From: the human T2T-CHM13v2.0 reference genome, Homo sapiens
Strand: one strand, 5' to 3'
Length of the DNA: 64,000 bases
Assembly: GCF_009914755.1 (NCBI RefSeq)
Contig: NC_060939.1
A model generated the notes under the pieces. It ran no database searches. It was given only the letters and a program-made list of their open reading frames with translations, and was not told where the DNA came from. Made by a program: the position numbers and the translations under genes. Positions 1-13,300 of the stretch are shown here, piece after piece (the first letter of the stretch is position 1; each line of letters starts with the position of its first letter).

Positions 1-220
1 GGGCCGGCTCTGCAATACCCGGGATGCCCAGGAAAGAATGGCAGTTCTCTGCTGTGTGGAGCCTCTCACCGGGCCTAGACCTAGAAGGCAGGAATCCCAG
101 GCCAGTCAGCCCGGTGGAGGGGGCAGGGGTAAGACAAGCCCCTCCATAGCCAGCCAGGTGTTCCGTGCGAAAGAGAGGCCACCGCCCTGCCCCAACCCGA
201 CCCCGTCCCAACCCCACGTC

Positions 221-1696
<1,476 letters not shown>

Positions 1697-2287
1697 ACCC
1701 CGGAAGAGTCCCAGGGCGTCGAGGCCTGTGGCTGTTGGGTGGTGGGGTGGGGGGGGGGAGGGAGTGGTGATGGTAGTGGTTGGGCCGGAGACACGAAGAG
1801 GAAGTGGGCGTGGGTGAAGGGGTGAGGGTGCGTGTTTTGGGGGCTGGCTCTCCGGACCTCTCGAGGAATGCCAAGGGAACTTGAAGCCACTCTCTGGGCT
1901 CCCACGCGTCTTCAGCAGGGAGAAACCAGCCTGGGAGGGTGGAGGGGAGTGTGGAACTGAACCGCCGTGGGAGTCTTGAGTGTTCCTGGCCCTCTCTCCG
2001 TGAAGGAGGCAGTGCTTGTGGGTGTCGCCGTTGCCAGGACTGTCTCACACAGGCAGGCGTGTGGCTGTCGTTCATTTCCATGTAGGAGACCAAAGCGAGA
2101 CCCCAGAGAGAAGATGCCTCCCCGGCGTGATGGCCTGACGATGGATTCCCGTGTGTGGCAATATGGGGATTCTGCAGTGTGGCCGGTTTGGAAACTGGCA
2201 AGGAGAGCGAAGGCACCATGCCGGTCTTCCACACTTCCCTGCATGTTTCCGAATGCCCGCAGGGCTCCGGGAGCAAACAGTCAGCAT

Positions 2288-5200
2288 GACACATCTCTAA
2301 ACTGATCGACAAAGTGAAGTAACACTTGTCTAGGCTCTGCCTACAGGGGCTTTGTGACATATCTCTGCAGTGATCACCCAGGTGATGGGACTTTTGTCTA
2401 GCCTCTGCCTATGGGGGCATTGTGACATATCTCTTCACTGATCACCCAGGTGATGTAACTGTTGTGTTGGATCTGCCTATGGGGGCATTGTGAGATATTT
2501 CTGCACTGGTCACCCAGGTGATGGGACCCTTGTCTAGGCTCTGTGTACGGGGGCTTTGTGACATATCTCTGCACTGATCACCCAGGTGATGTAACGCTTG
2601 ACTAGGCTCTGTCTACGGGGCATAGTGACATATCACTACATTGATCACCGAGGTGATGTAACTCTTGCCCAGACTCGGCCAATAAAGGGCCTTGTGACAT
2701 ATCTCTGCGCTGGTCACCAAGGTGATATAACAGTTGCTTACACTCTGGCTGCAGGGGCATTGTGAAATATCTCTGCACTGATCCCCCAGGTGATGGGACT
2801 CATTTCTAGGCTCTGCCTCCTGGGGGAATTGTCATATATTTCTGCACTGATCACCCAGGTAACAGACTCTTGTCTTGGATTTGCCTATGGGGGCATTGTG
2901 ACATATCTCTGCACTGATCACCCAGGTGATGTAACCCTGGTCTAAGCTCTGCCTAAAGGGGCATTGTGACAGGTCTCTGCAATGATCACTCAGGTGATGT
3001 AACTATTGTCTAGGCTCTGCTTAAATGGGCCTTGTCACATATCACTGCACTGATCACCCAGGTGACGTAACTCTTGTCTAGGCTCTGCTTTCAGGTGGTA
3101 TTGTGACATATCTCTGCACTGATCACATAAGTGATGTAACAATTGTGTAGGCTCTGCCTACAGGGGCATTTTGACATATCTCTGCACTGTTAAACGAGGT
3201 GATGTAACTCTTGTCTAGGCTGTGCCCACAGGGGTATTGATACACGTCTCTGCACTGATCCCGAGGTGATCGAACTCTTGTCTGGTCTCTGCCTACTGGG
3301 GACATTGTGACATAACTCTGCACTGATCTCCCAGGTGCTGTAACTTCAATCTAGGCTCTGGCTACACGGCATTGTGACATATCACTGCACTGATCAACCA
3401 GGTGATATAACTCTTGTATAGGCTCTGCCTACAGGGGGTTTGTGACACATCTCTGCATTAATCACCCAGGTGATATAACTCTTCTCTAGGATCTGCATAC
3501 AGGGTGCTTTGTGACATATCCCTGCAATGATCACCCAGGTGATATACCACTTGTCAAGGCTCTGCCTACAGGGGCATTGTGACAGAACACTGCACTGATC
3601 ACCCAGGTGATGGGACCCTTGTCTAGTCTCTTCCAACCGTGGCATTGTGACATATCTCTGCACAGATCACGCAGGTGATGTAAATCTTTTCTAGGATCTA
3701 CCTACAGGGTGCTTTGTGACATGTCTCTGCAGTGATCACCCAGGTGATATACCACTTGTCAAGGCTCCGCCTACAGGGACATTGCGATGTATCTCTGCAC
3801 TGATCACCTATGTCATGTAACTCTTGTCTAGTCTCTGCCTACAGTGGCATTGTGACATATCTCTGCACTGATCATCCAAGTGATGTAACTCTTGTCTAAG
3901 ATCTGCCTAAAGGGACTTTGTAACATAACTCTGCACTGATCATCCAGGTGATGGGGCTTTTGTCTAGGCTCTGCCTAAGGGGGCATTGTGACAGATTTCT
4001 GCACTGATCACCCAGGTGACGGACTCTTGTCTTGGATCTGCCTATGGGCGCATTTTGACATACCTCTGCACTGATCACCCAGGTGATGTAACTATTGTAT
4101 AAGCTCTCCCTACAGGGGAATTGTGAGAGATCTCACCACTGATCACCCAAGTGATATAATTATTGTCTAGGCTTTGCCTACAGTGGGCTTTGTGACATAC
4201 CATTGCACTGATCAGCCAGGTGATGTAACTCATCTAAGTTTTGCCTACAGAAGCTTTGTGACATATCTCTACACTGATCACTTAGGTGATGTAACGATTT
4301 TATAAGCACTGCCTACAGGGAATTTTGACAAATCTCTGCACTGATCACCTAGGTGATGTAACTCTTGTCTACCCTCTGCCCAGAGGGGGCATTGTGAAAT
4401 ATCTCTGCACTGATCACCCAGGTGATTCAACTCTTGTCTAGGATCTGGCTACAGGGGGTATTGTGAAATATCTCTGCACTGATCAACCAGGTGACGTAAA
4501 TGTTGTCTAGTCTCTGTCTTGTCTATGCTCTGCCTACAGGGGCAATGTGACATATCTCTGCAGTGATCACGCAGGTGATGTAACTATTGTCTATATCTGC
4601 CTACTGATGGCATTGTGGCATATTTCTGCACTGATCACCCAGGTGATGGACTCATGTCTTGGATCTGCCTATGAGGCATAGTGACATATCTCTGCACTGA
4701 TCACTCATGTGATCAAACGCTTGTCTAAGCTGCGCCTAAAGGGGAATTGTGACAGATATCTCCACTGATCACCCAGGTGATGTAACAATTTTCTGGGATT
4801 TGTCTACTGGGGGCTTTGTGACACATCTTTGCACTGATCACCCAGGAGATGTAACTCTTGTCTAGGCTCGGCCTACAGGTGTTTTGTGATATAGTTCTGC
4901 ACTGATCACCCAGGTGATGTAACACTTGTCTAGGCTCCGCCTACAGGGGCTTTGTGACATATCTCTGCACTGATCACCCGGGTGATGTAACTCTTGTCTA
5001 GGCTCCACCTACAGGGGGTATTGTGACGTATCTCTCCACTGATCACCCAGGTGATGTAACATTTTTCTAGGCTCTGCCTACTGGGGCGTTTTGACATAGC
5101 TATGCACAGATCACCTAGGTTGTGTTACTCTTGTCCACTTTCTGCCTACAGGGGGCATTGTGAAATATCTCTGCACTGATCACCCAGGTAATGGGACCTT

Positions 5201-8200
5201 TCTCTTTACTCTGCCTAGAGGAGGATTTGTGACATATCTCTGCACTGAACACCCAGGTGATGTGCCACTTGTCAAGGCTCTGCCTACAGGACATTGTGAT
5301 GTATCTCTGCACTGATCACCTAGGTGATGTAACTCTTGTCTAGGCTGTTTCTACAGTGGCATTGTGACATATCTCTGCACTGATCATCCAAGTGAAGTAA
5401 CTCTTGTCTAGTATCTGCCTAAAGGGACTTTGTGACATAACTCTGCACTGATCATCCAGGTGATGGGCTTTTGTCTAGGCTCTGCCTAGGGGGCATTGTG
5501 GCATATTTCTGCACTGATCACCCAGGGGATGGACTCTTGTCTTGGATCTGCCTATGGGGGCATTGTGCCATATCTCTGCACTGATCACCCAGGTGATGTA
5601 ACTGTTGTATAAGCTCTGCCTACAAGGGAATTGTGAGAGATCTCGCCACTGATCACCCAAGTGATGTAACTATTCTCTAGGCTTTGCCTATAGGGGGCTT
5701 TGTGACATACCTTTGCACTGATCAGCCAGGTGACGTAACTAAGCTAAGTTCTGCCTACAGGAGCTTTGTGACATATCTCTGCACTGATCACTTAGGTGAT
5801 GTAACACTTTTACAAGCACTGCCTACAGGGAATTTTGACGAATCTCTGCACGGATCATGTAGGTGATGTAACTCTTGTATACCCTCTGCCCAAAGGGGGC
5901 AATGTGAAATATCTCTGCACTGATCACCCAGGAGATTCAACTCTTTTCTACGATCTGCCTACAGGGGGTATTGTGAGATATCTCTGCACTGATCAACTAG
6001 GTGTTGTAAATAGTTTCTAGGCTCTGCCTACAGGGGCGTTTTCACGTTTCCCTGAACTGATGACAAAGGTGACGTAACTCTTGCCTTGGCTTTGCCTACA
6101 GGGGACATTGTGACATACCTCTGCACTGATCACCCAGGTGATGCCACTCCTCTCTATGCTCTGCCTTCAGGGGACATTGTGACATATCTCTGCAATGATC
6201 ACCGAGGTGATGTAACTCTTTTCTAGTCTCTGCCTACAGAGGGCGTTGTGACATCACTCTGCATGGATCACCCGGGTTATGTAACTCTGGTCTAGGCTCT
6301 ACCTATAGGGGTATTGTGACTTATCTCTGCACTGATCACCCAGGAGATGTGACACTTGTCTATGCTCTGCATAGAGGGACATTGGGACATATCTCTGCAC
6401 TGATCACTGAGGTGATGTAAAAGTTGTCTAGGCTTTGCCTACAGTGGGATTTATGACATATCTCTGCACTGATCACCCAGGTGATGTAACTCTTCTCTAG
6501 GATCTGCCTACAGGGTGCTTTGTGACATATCCCTGCAATGATTACCCAGGTGATATACCACTTATCAAGGCTCTGCCTACAGGGACATTGCGATGTATGC
6601 CTGCATTGATCACCTAGGTAATGTAACTCTTGTCTAGGCTCTGCCTACAGTGGCATTGTGACAGATGTCTGCACTGATCACCCAGGTGATGCAACTCTTC
6701 TCCATGCTCTGCCTACAGGGGACATTGTGACATATCTCTGCACTGATCACCAAGGTGATTCAGCTCTTCTTTATGCTCTGCCTTCAGAGGGCATTGCGAA
6801 ATATCTCTGCACTGATCACTCAGGTGATGTAACTCTTTTCTAGTCTCTGCCTACAGAAGGCGTTGTGACTTCACTGTGCACGGATCACCCGGGTTATGTA
6901 ACTGTTGTCTAGGCTCTGCCTATGGGGGCATTGTGACTTATCTCTGCACTGATCACCCAGGAGATGTGACTCTTGTCTAAGCTCTGCCTGGAGGGACATT
7001 GGGACATATCTCTGCACTGATCGCTCAGGTGATGTAAAATATTTGTAGGCTATTCCTACAGTGGGATTTATGACTTATCTCTGCACTGGTCACCCAGGTG
7101 ATGTAACTCTTGTCTAGGCTCTGCTTACAGGGCGTATTGTGAGTTATCTCTGCACTGATCACACTGGTGATGTAACGCTTGTCTAGGCTCTGCCTACAGG
7201 AGCATTTTAACATATCACTGCACTGACAACCGAGATGATGTAACTCCTGTATAGGCTTTGCCGACAGGGGGCATTGAGACATACCTCTGCACTGATCACC
7301 GAGGTGATGCAACTCTTCTCTATGCTCTGCCTACAGGGGGCATTGTGACATATCTCTGCAATGATCATCCAAGTGATGTAACATTTGTCTAGGATCTGCC
7401 TCAAGTGGCTTTGTGACATAATTCTGCACGGATCATCCAGGTGATGGGGATTTTGTCTAGGCTCTGCCTAAGGGGCATTGTGACATGTTTCTGCACTGAT
7501 CACCCAGGTGACGGACTCTTGTCTTGGATCTGCCTATGGGGGCATTGTGACATATCTCTGCACTAATAACCCAGGTGATGTAACCGTTGTATAAGCTCTG
7601 CCTACAGGGGAATTGTGAGAGATCTCGCCACTGATCACCTAGGTGATGTATCTATTGTCTAGGCTTTGTCTACAGGGGGCTTTGTGACATACTTTTGCAC
7701 TTATCACACAGGTGATGTAACTCATCTAAGTTCTGCCTACAGGAGCTTTGTGACATATCTCTGCACTGATCATTTAGGTGATGTAACACTTTTATAAGCA
7801 CTGCCTACAGGGAATTTTGACAAATCTCTGCACTGATCACCTTGGTGATGTAACTCTTCTCTACCCTCTGCCCAAAGGCGGCATTGTGAAATATCTCTGC
7901 ATTGATCATCCAAGTGATTCAACTCTTGTCCAGGATCTGCCTACAGAGATTATTGTGAAATATCTCTGCACTGATAAACTAGGTGATGCAACTCTTCTCT
8001 ATGCTCTGCCTACAGGGGACATTGTGACTTATCTCTGCACTGATCACCCAGGAGATGAAACTCTTTTCTAGTCTGTGCCTACAGAGGGCGTTGTGACATC
8101 ACTCTGCACGGATCACCCGGGTTATGTAACTCTTATCTATGCTCTGTCTATGGGGGCGTCGTGACTTATCTTTGCACTGATCACCCTGGAGATGTGACTC

Positions 8201-8631
8201 TTGTCTAAGCTCTGCCTAGAGGGACATTGGGACATATCCCTGCACTGATAGCTGAGGTGATGCAAAACTTGTCTAGGCTTTGCCTGCAGTGGGATTTATG
8301 ACAAATCTCTGCACTGATCACCCAGGTGATGTATCTCTTGTCAATACCCTCTGCTTACAGAGGGTATTGTGAGATATCTCTGCACTGATCACCCAGGTGA
8401 TGTAACTCTTGTGTAGGCTCTGCCTACAGGGGCCTTTTCACATATCACTGCACTGATCACCGAGATGATGTAACTCTTCTATAGGCTTCGCTGACAGGGG
8501 GCATTGAGACATATCTCTGCACTGATCACCGAGGTGATGCATCTCTTGTCTGGGATGTGCTTACAGGGGGCATTGTGAAATATCTCTGCCCTGATCACCC
8601 AGGTGATGTAACTCTTGTCTAGGCTCTGCTT
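2288..8631 (-). repeat. Beta satellite (68-bp Sau3A, BSR) block 1, reverse orientation
   Basis: Tandem ~68-bp monomers CTCTGCACTGATCACCCAGGTGATGTAACTCTTGTCTAGGCTCTGCCTACAGGGGCATTGTGACATAT. Confidence 0.96.
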
Positions 8632-10042
8632 ACTGCAGTCGGAAGGTGTTGGGAGAACCTCAGCCAAAATTTCACAGATGGACAAGGGCACAGAGAGGCG
8701 AGCGACCTCCTTGCACGTCACAAGGGGTGCACAATGAGAGCAGGTCTAGCCAGGAGGCTGGCAAAGAGAGCTAGAGGTCTGCGTTTCGCTGCCAGGCGCT
8801 CCATTGTGGCAGTTGGGAGGCTGCAGGTGCACGGGCGGGCTGGCGACGGTGGCGCAGAGGTGCACATGAGGCGAGCCACCGGAGGGGTGTCAGGACTGGA
8901 CGCTGTGGGTTCCCCGTGTTTCGCGGGACAGGGGTCTCCGACCAGCCCAGGGGAGGATGCATTTTCCGGGGGTGGGGTTTGGGGTGGGGTGGGGGTGGTC
9001 AGGTGGGGGTGGGGTGGTGGAAAGGCATGAGTGCTCTGCCCTGGCTGCTCCCACAGCCCAGGCGGCTGCCCGCAAACCCACGCGTGTGCAGTAGGTGGCC
9101 CACCTGCTGGTACCTGGGCTGGATCTGAGATCCCCAGGATGCCCAGGAAAGAATGGCAGTTCTCCGCTGTGTAGACTCTCTCACCAGGCCTAGATCTAGA
9201 AGGCAGCAATCCCAGGCCGGTCAGCCTGGTTGAGGGAGCAGGTGGAAGACACGCCGCTCCATAGCCAGCCAGGTGTTCCCCGCGAAAGAGAGGCCACCGC
9301 CCTGCCCCGACCTGACCCCGTCCCAAACCCGCGACCTAAAGTTCCTCCATCAGAGCCCGGCATTCTTCCTAGCTGAGTGGTGCTTCCAGCAAGACGGCCT
9401 CTTGCAAGACCTCCAGCTCCCCCAGGGCCTCCGATTCTAGGAATGTTGCGCCTGCTGCAGAATCTCCGGGCTCACAAGGAGCTCATCCAGCAGCCCGGAG
9501 GGGAGTGCAGATGAGCACTCCAGCTCCTGGAGCACCTGGGAGGGCGCCAGCAGGCCTTACATCTGCCCCTGCCGCACGGAGGCCTCCAGGGGCACGGGCA
9601 GGCGAGGTGGAGCTGCCCCGGCTTGGAGTTCCCCCGCAGCCCCGGTGACCTGCGGTCCCTAGCCCCTGCCCAACCACGGACTCCCCTGGGACGCGGGTGG
9701 CACAAGCACACCATGGCCCTGTGGCCCTGCTTGAGCGGGCCCAGGCTGTCCCACCGCCCAAGGGCCCCACAGGGCGTCACGCTGCAAGACCCGGCCCTCC
9801 CGGCTTTTGCCCGGTTGCGGAGGCAACCGAGGAGCCTGAGGGTGGGAGATCGCCCCTTCCGGAGGAGCAGGGGCGGCGTAGGCAAAATTCCCGCGTGCCG
9901 GGACAGGTTGGGAGATCCCTTCTGCCGGCGCGGCCTGGCTGGGCTGGAGCACGGGGACGGCCCTCGCTCCCTGGATCATGAAGCACCCTGTAGGAGAGCC
10001 CCAGGCACGCAGGGCACGTGGGGTGCCAGAAGCCCTATCCCC
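8632..10042 (-). repeat. D4Z4-like unit 2 (3' half only, plus pLAM-like tail)
   Basis: 3' DUX4-like sequence, KpnI site GGTACC at 9109-9114, pLAM-like segment ~8640-8760; ends at the orientation switch. Confidence 0.9.
9336..10040 (-). pseudogene. DUX4L: DUX4-like 3' fragment without homeoboxes
   Basis: ORF 9659..9979 ([23 protein letters not shown]...) is DUX4-like; terminal TAG at 9338-9336; frameshifted, and the MQG start is followed directly by TAA. Confidence 0.88.
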
Positions 10043-10380
10043 GGAAAATGCATCCTCACCTGGGCTGGGTGTAGACCCCCATCCGCGAAATATCAGGCCC
10101 GCCCACCGTGCAGGCCTAACACACCTTCAGCGGCTCGCCTCCTCTGCGCCTCCCCGCCACCATCGCCAGCCCGCCAGTGACCCTGTAGCCTCCCAATTGC
10201 CACCATGGAACGCCTGGTGTCGGAATGCAGACCTCTAGCTCTCTTTGCCAGCCTCCTCACTAGACCTGCGCTCATTGCGCAACTCGGCTGACGTGCAAGG
10301 GAGCCCGCTGGCCTCTCTGTGCCCTTGTCCGTCCGTGAAATTCCAGCTGAGGCTCTCCCAACACCTTCCGATGCTCTTTA
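10039..10380 (+). repeat. D4Z4-like unit 3: distal fragment plus pLAM-like segment, no ORF
   Basis: CCCCGGAAAATGCATCCTC...TAGACCTGCGCTCATTGCGC...ACACCTTCCGA; inverted copy of 8640-8971. Confidence 0.88.
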
Positions 10381-13300
10381 CTCAAAGCCTGGAGAATAGT
10401 TACATCTCCTGGATGATCAGTTCAGAAATATGTCACAATGCCCACTCCCTGCGGAGCCTAGAGAAGATTTGCATCATTTGGGTGATCAGTGCAGAGATAT
10501 ATCACAATGTCCCCTGTACAAAAAGCCTGGAAATGATTTACATCACCTCGGTGATCAGTGCATAGGTATGTCAGAAATCCCCAGTAGGCTGAACCTAGAC
10601 AAGGGTTACATTACTTAGGTGATCAGTGTAGAGATATGTGAAAATTCCCGTGTAGATATTTGACACAATGCCCCCGTAGACAGAGCCTAGACAAGACTTC
10701 CATTACCTGGGTGATCAGTTCAGATATATGTCACAAATCCCCCTCTAGTCAGAGTATAGAGAAGAGTCCCATCACCTGGGTGATCAGTGAAGAGATATTT
10801 CACCATGCCCCCTGTAGGCAGAGAGTGGACAAGAGTTACATAACCTAGGTGATCTGTGCAGAGCTATGTCAAAATGCCCCTGTAGGCAGATCCTAGGTAA
10901 ATGTTACATCACATTGTTGATCAGTGCAGAGATACGTCTCAATACACCTTGTAGGTGGAGCCTAGACAAGAGTTACATCACCTGTGTGATAGGTGCAGAG
11001 ATATGTCACAATACCCCCTGTAGGTGGAGCCTAGAGAAGAGTTACCTCACCTGGGTGATCAGTGCAGAAATATGTCACAAAGCCCCTGTAGGCCAAACCT
11101 AGACAAGCGTTACATCTCCTGGGTGATCAGTGCAAAGATATGTCACAAAGCCCCCTGTAGACAAATCCCAGAAAATTGTTACATCACCTGAATGATCAGT
11201 GGAGATATCTGTTCCATTTCCCCTTTAGGCGCAGTTTAGACAAGCGTTACATCACATGAGTAATCAGTGCAGAGATATGTCACTATGACCCCATAGGCAG
11301 ATAAAAGACAAGAGTCTATCACCTGGGTGGTCAGTGCAGAAATATGCCACAATGCCGCCTGTAGGCCGATATAGACAAGAGTTACATCACCTGCGTGATC
11401 ACTGCAGAGATATGTCACAATGCCCCTGTAGGCAGAGCCTAGACAAGGGTCCCATCACCTGGGTGATCAGTGCAGAGTTATGTCACAATGCCCCCTTTTG
11501 TCAGAGCCTACACAAGGGTTACATCACGTGGGTGATCAGTGCAGATGTGTGTCACACGCCCCCTGTAGCCAGACCCTAGACAAGAGTTACATCAGCTGTG
11601 TAATCAGCGCAGTGACATGTCACAATGTCCCTGTAGCCAAATCCTTGAGAAATATGACATCACCTGGTTGATCAATGCGGAGATATGTCACAATGTCTCC
11701 AGTAGGCAGAGCCTAGACAAGAGTTGCATCAGCTCGGTGATCAGTGCACAGATATGTCTCAATGCCCCCTGTCGTCAAAGCCTATACAAGAGTTACATCA
11801 TCTCTGTGATCAGTGCAGTGATATGTTAAAATGCCCCTGTAGGCAGAGCCTAGACAAGAGTTACATCACCTGAGTGATCAGTGCAGAGATATGTCATAAA
11901 TCCCACTGTAGGCAAAGCCTTGACAAGTTTTACATCACCTCAGCGATTAGTGCAGATATATGTCCCAATGTCCCTCTGGGCAGAGCTTAGAAAAGAGTCA
12001 CACCTCCTGGGTGATCAGTGCAGAGATAAGGCACAATGCCCCCTTAGGCAGAGCCTAGACAAGAGTTACATAACCCGGGTGATCCGTGCAGAGTGATGTC
12101 ACAACTCCCTCTGTAGGCAGAGACTAGAAAAGAGTTACATCACCTGGGTAAGCAGTGCAGAGGTATGTCACAATGCTCCCTGTAGGCATAGCATAGAGAA
12201 GAGTTGCATCACCTGGGTGATCAGTGCAGAGAGATGTCACAATGTGCCCTGTAGTCAGAGCATAGAGAACAGTTGCATCACCTGTGTGATCCGTGCAGAA
12301 ATATGTCACAAAGCCCCCATACACAGAGCCTAGACAAGAGTCCCATCACCTGGGTGATCAGTGCACAAATATGTCACAATGCCCCAATAGGCAGATCCAA
12401 CACAAGAGTTACATCACCTGGGTGATCAGTGTAGAGATATGTCACAATGCCCCCATAGGCAGAGCCTAGACAAAAGTTCCATCACCTGGTTGATCAATGC
12501 AGAGATATGTCATAAAGCCCCTTTAGGCAGAGCCTAGACAAGAGTTACATAACCAGGGTGATCCGTGCAGAGATATTTCACAATACCCCCTGTAGGGTGA
12601 TCCAAGACAAGAGTTGAATCACCTGGGTGGTCAGTGCAGAGATATTTCACAATGCCCCCTTTGGGCAGAGGGTAGACAAGAGTTACATCACCTAGGTGAT
12701 CAGTGCTGAGATTTGTCAAAATACCCTGTAGGCAGTGCTTATAAAAGTGTTATATCACCTAAGTGGGCAGTGCAAAGATATGTCACAAAGCTGCTGTAGG
12801 CAGAACTTAGATAAGTTACATCACCTGGGTGATCAGTGCAAAGGTATGTCACAAAGCCCCCTGTAGGCAAAGCCTAGACAATAGTTACTGAACTTGGGTG
12901 ATCAGAGGCGAGATCTCTCACAGTTCCCCTGTAGGCAGAGCTTATACAACAGTTACATCACCTGGGTGATCAGTGTAGAGATATGTCACAATGCCCCCAT
13001 AGGCAGATCCAAGAGAAGAGTCCGTCACCTGGATGATCAGTGCAGAAATATGTCACAATGCCACCTTAGGCAGAGCCTAGACAAAAACCTCATCACCTGT
13101 ATGATCAGTGCAGCGTTATGTCACAAAATCCCTTTAGGCAGATCCTAGACAAGTGTTACATCACCTGGATGATCAGTGCAGAAATATGTCACAATGCCAC
13201 TGCAGGCAGAGTCTAGACAAGTGTTACATGACCTAGTTGATCAGTGCAGAGATACATCACAATGCCCCTGTAGGCAGATCTTTGACAAGTGGTACATCAC

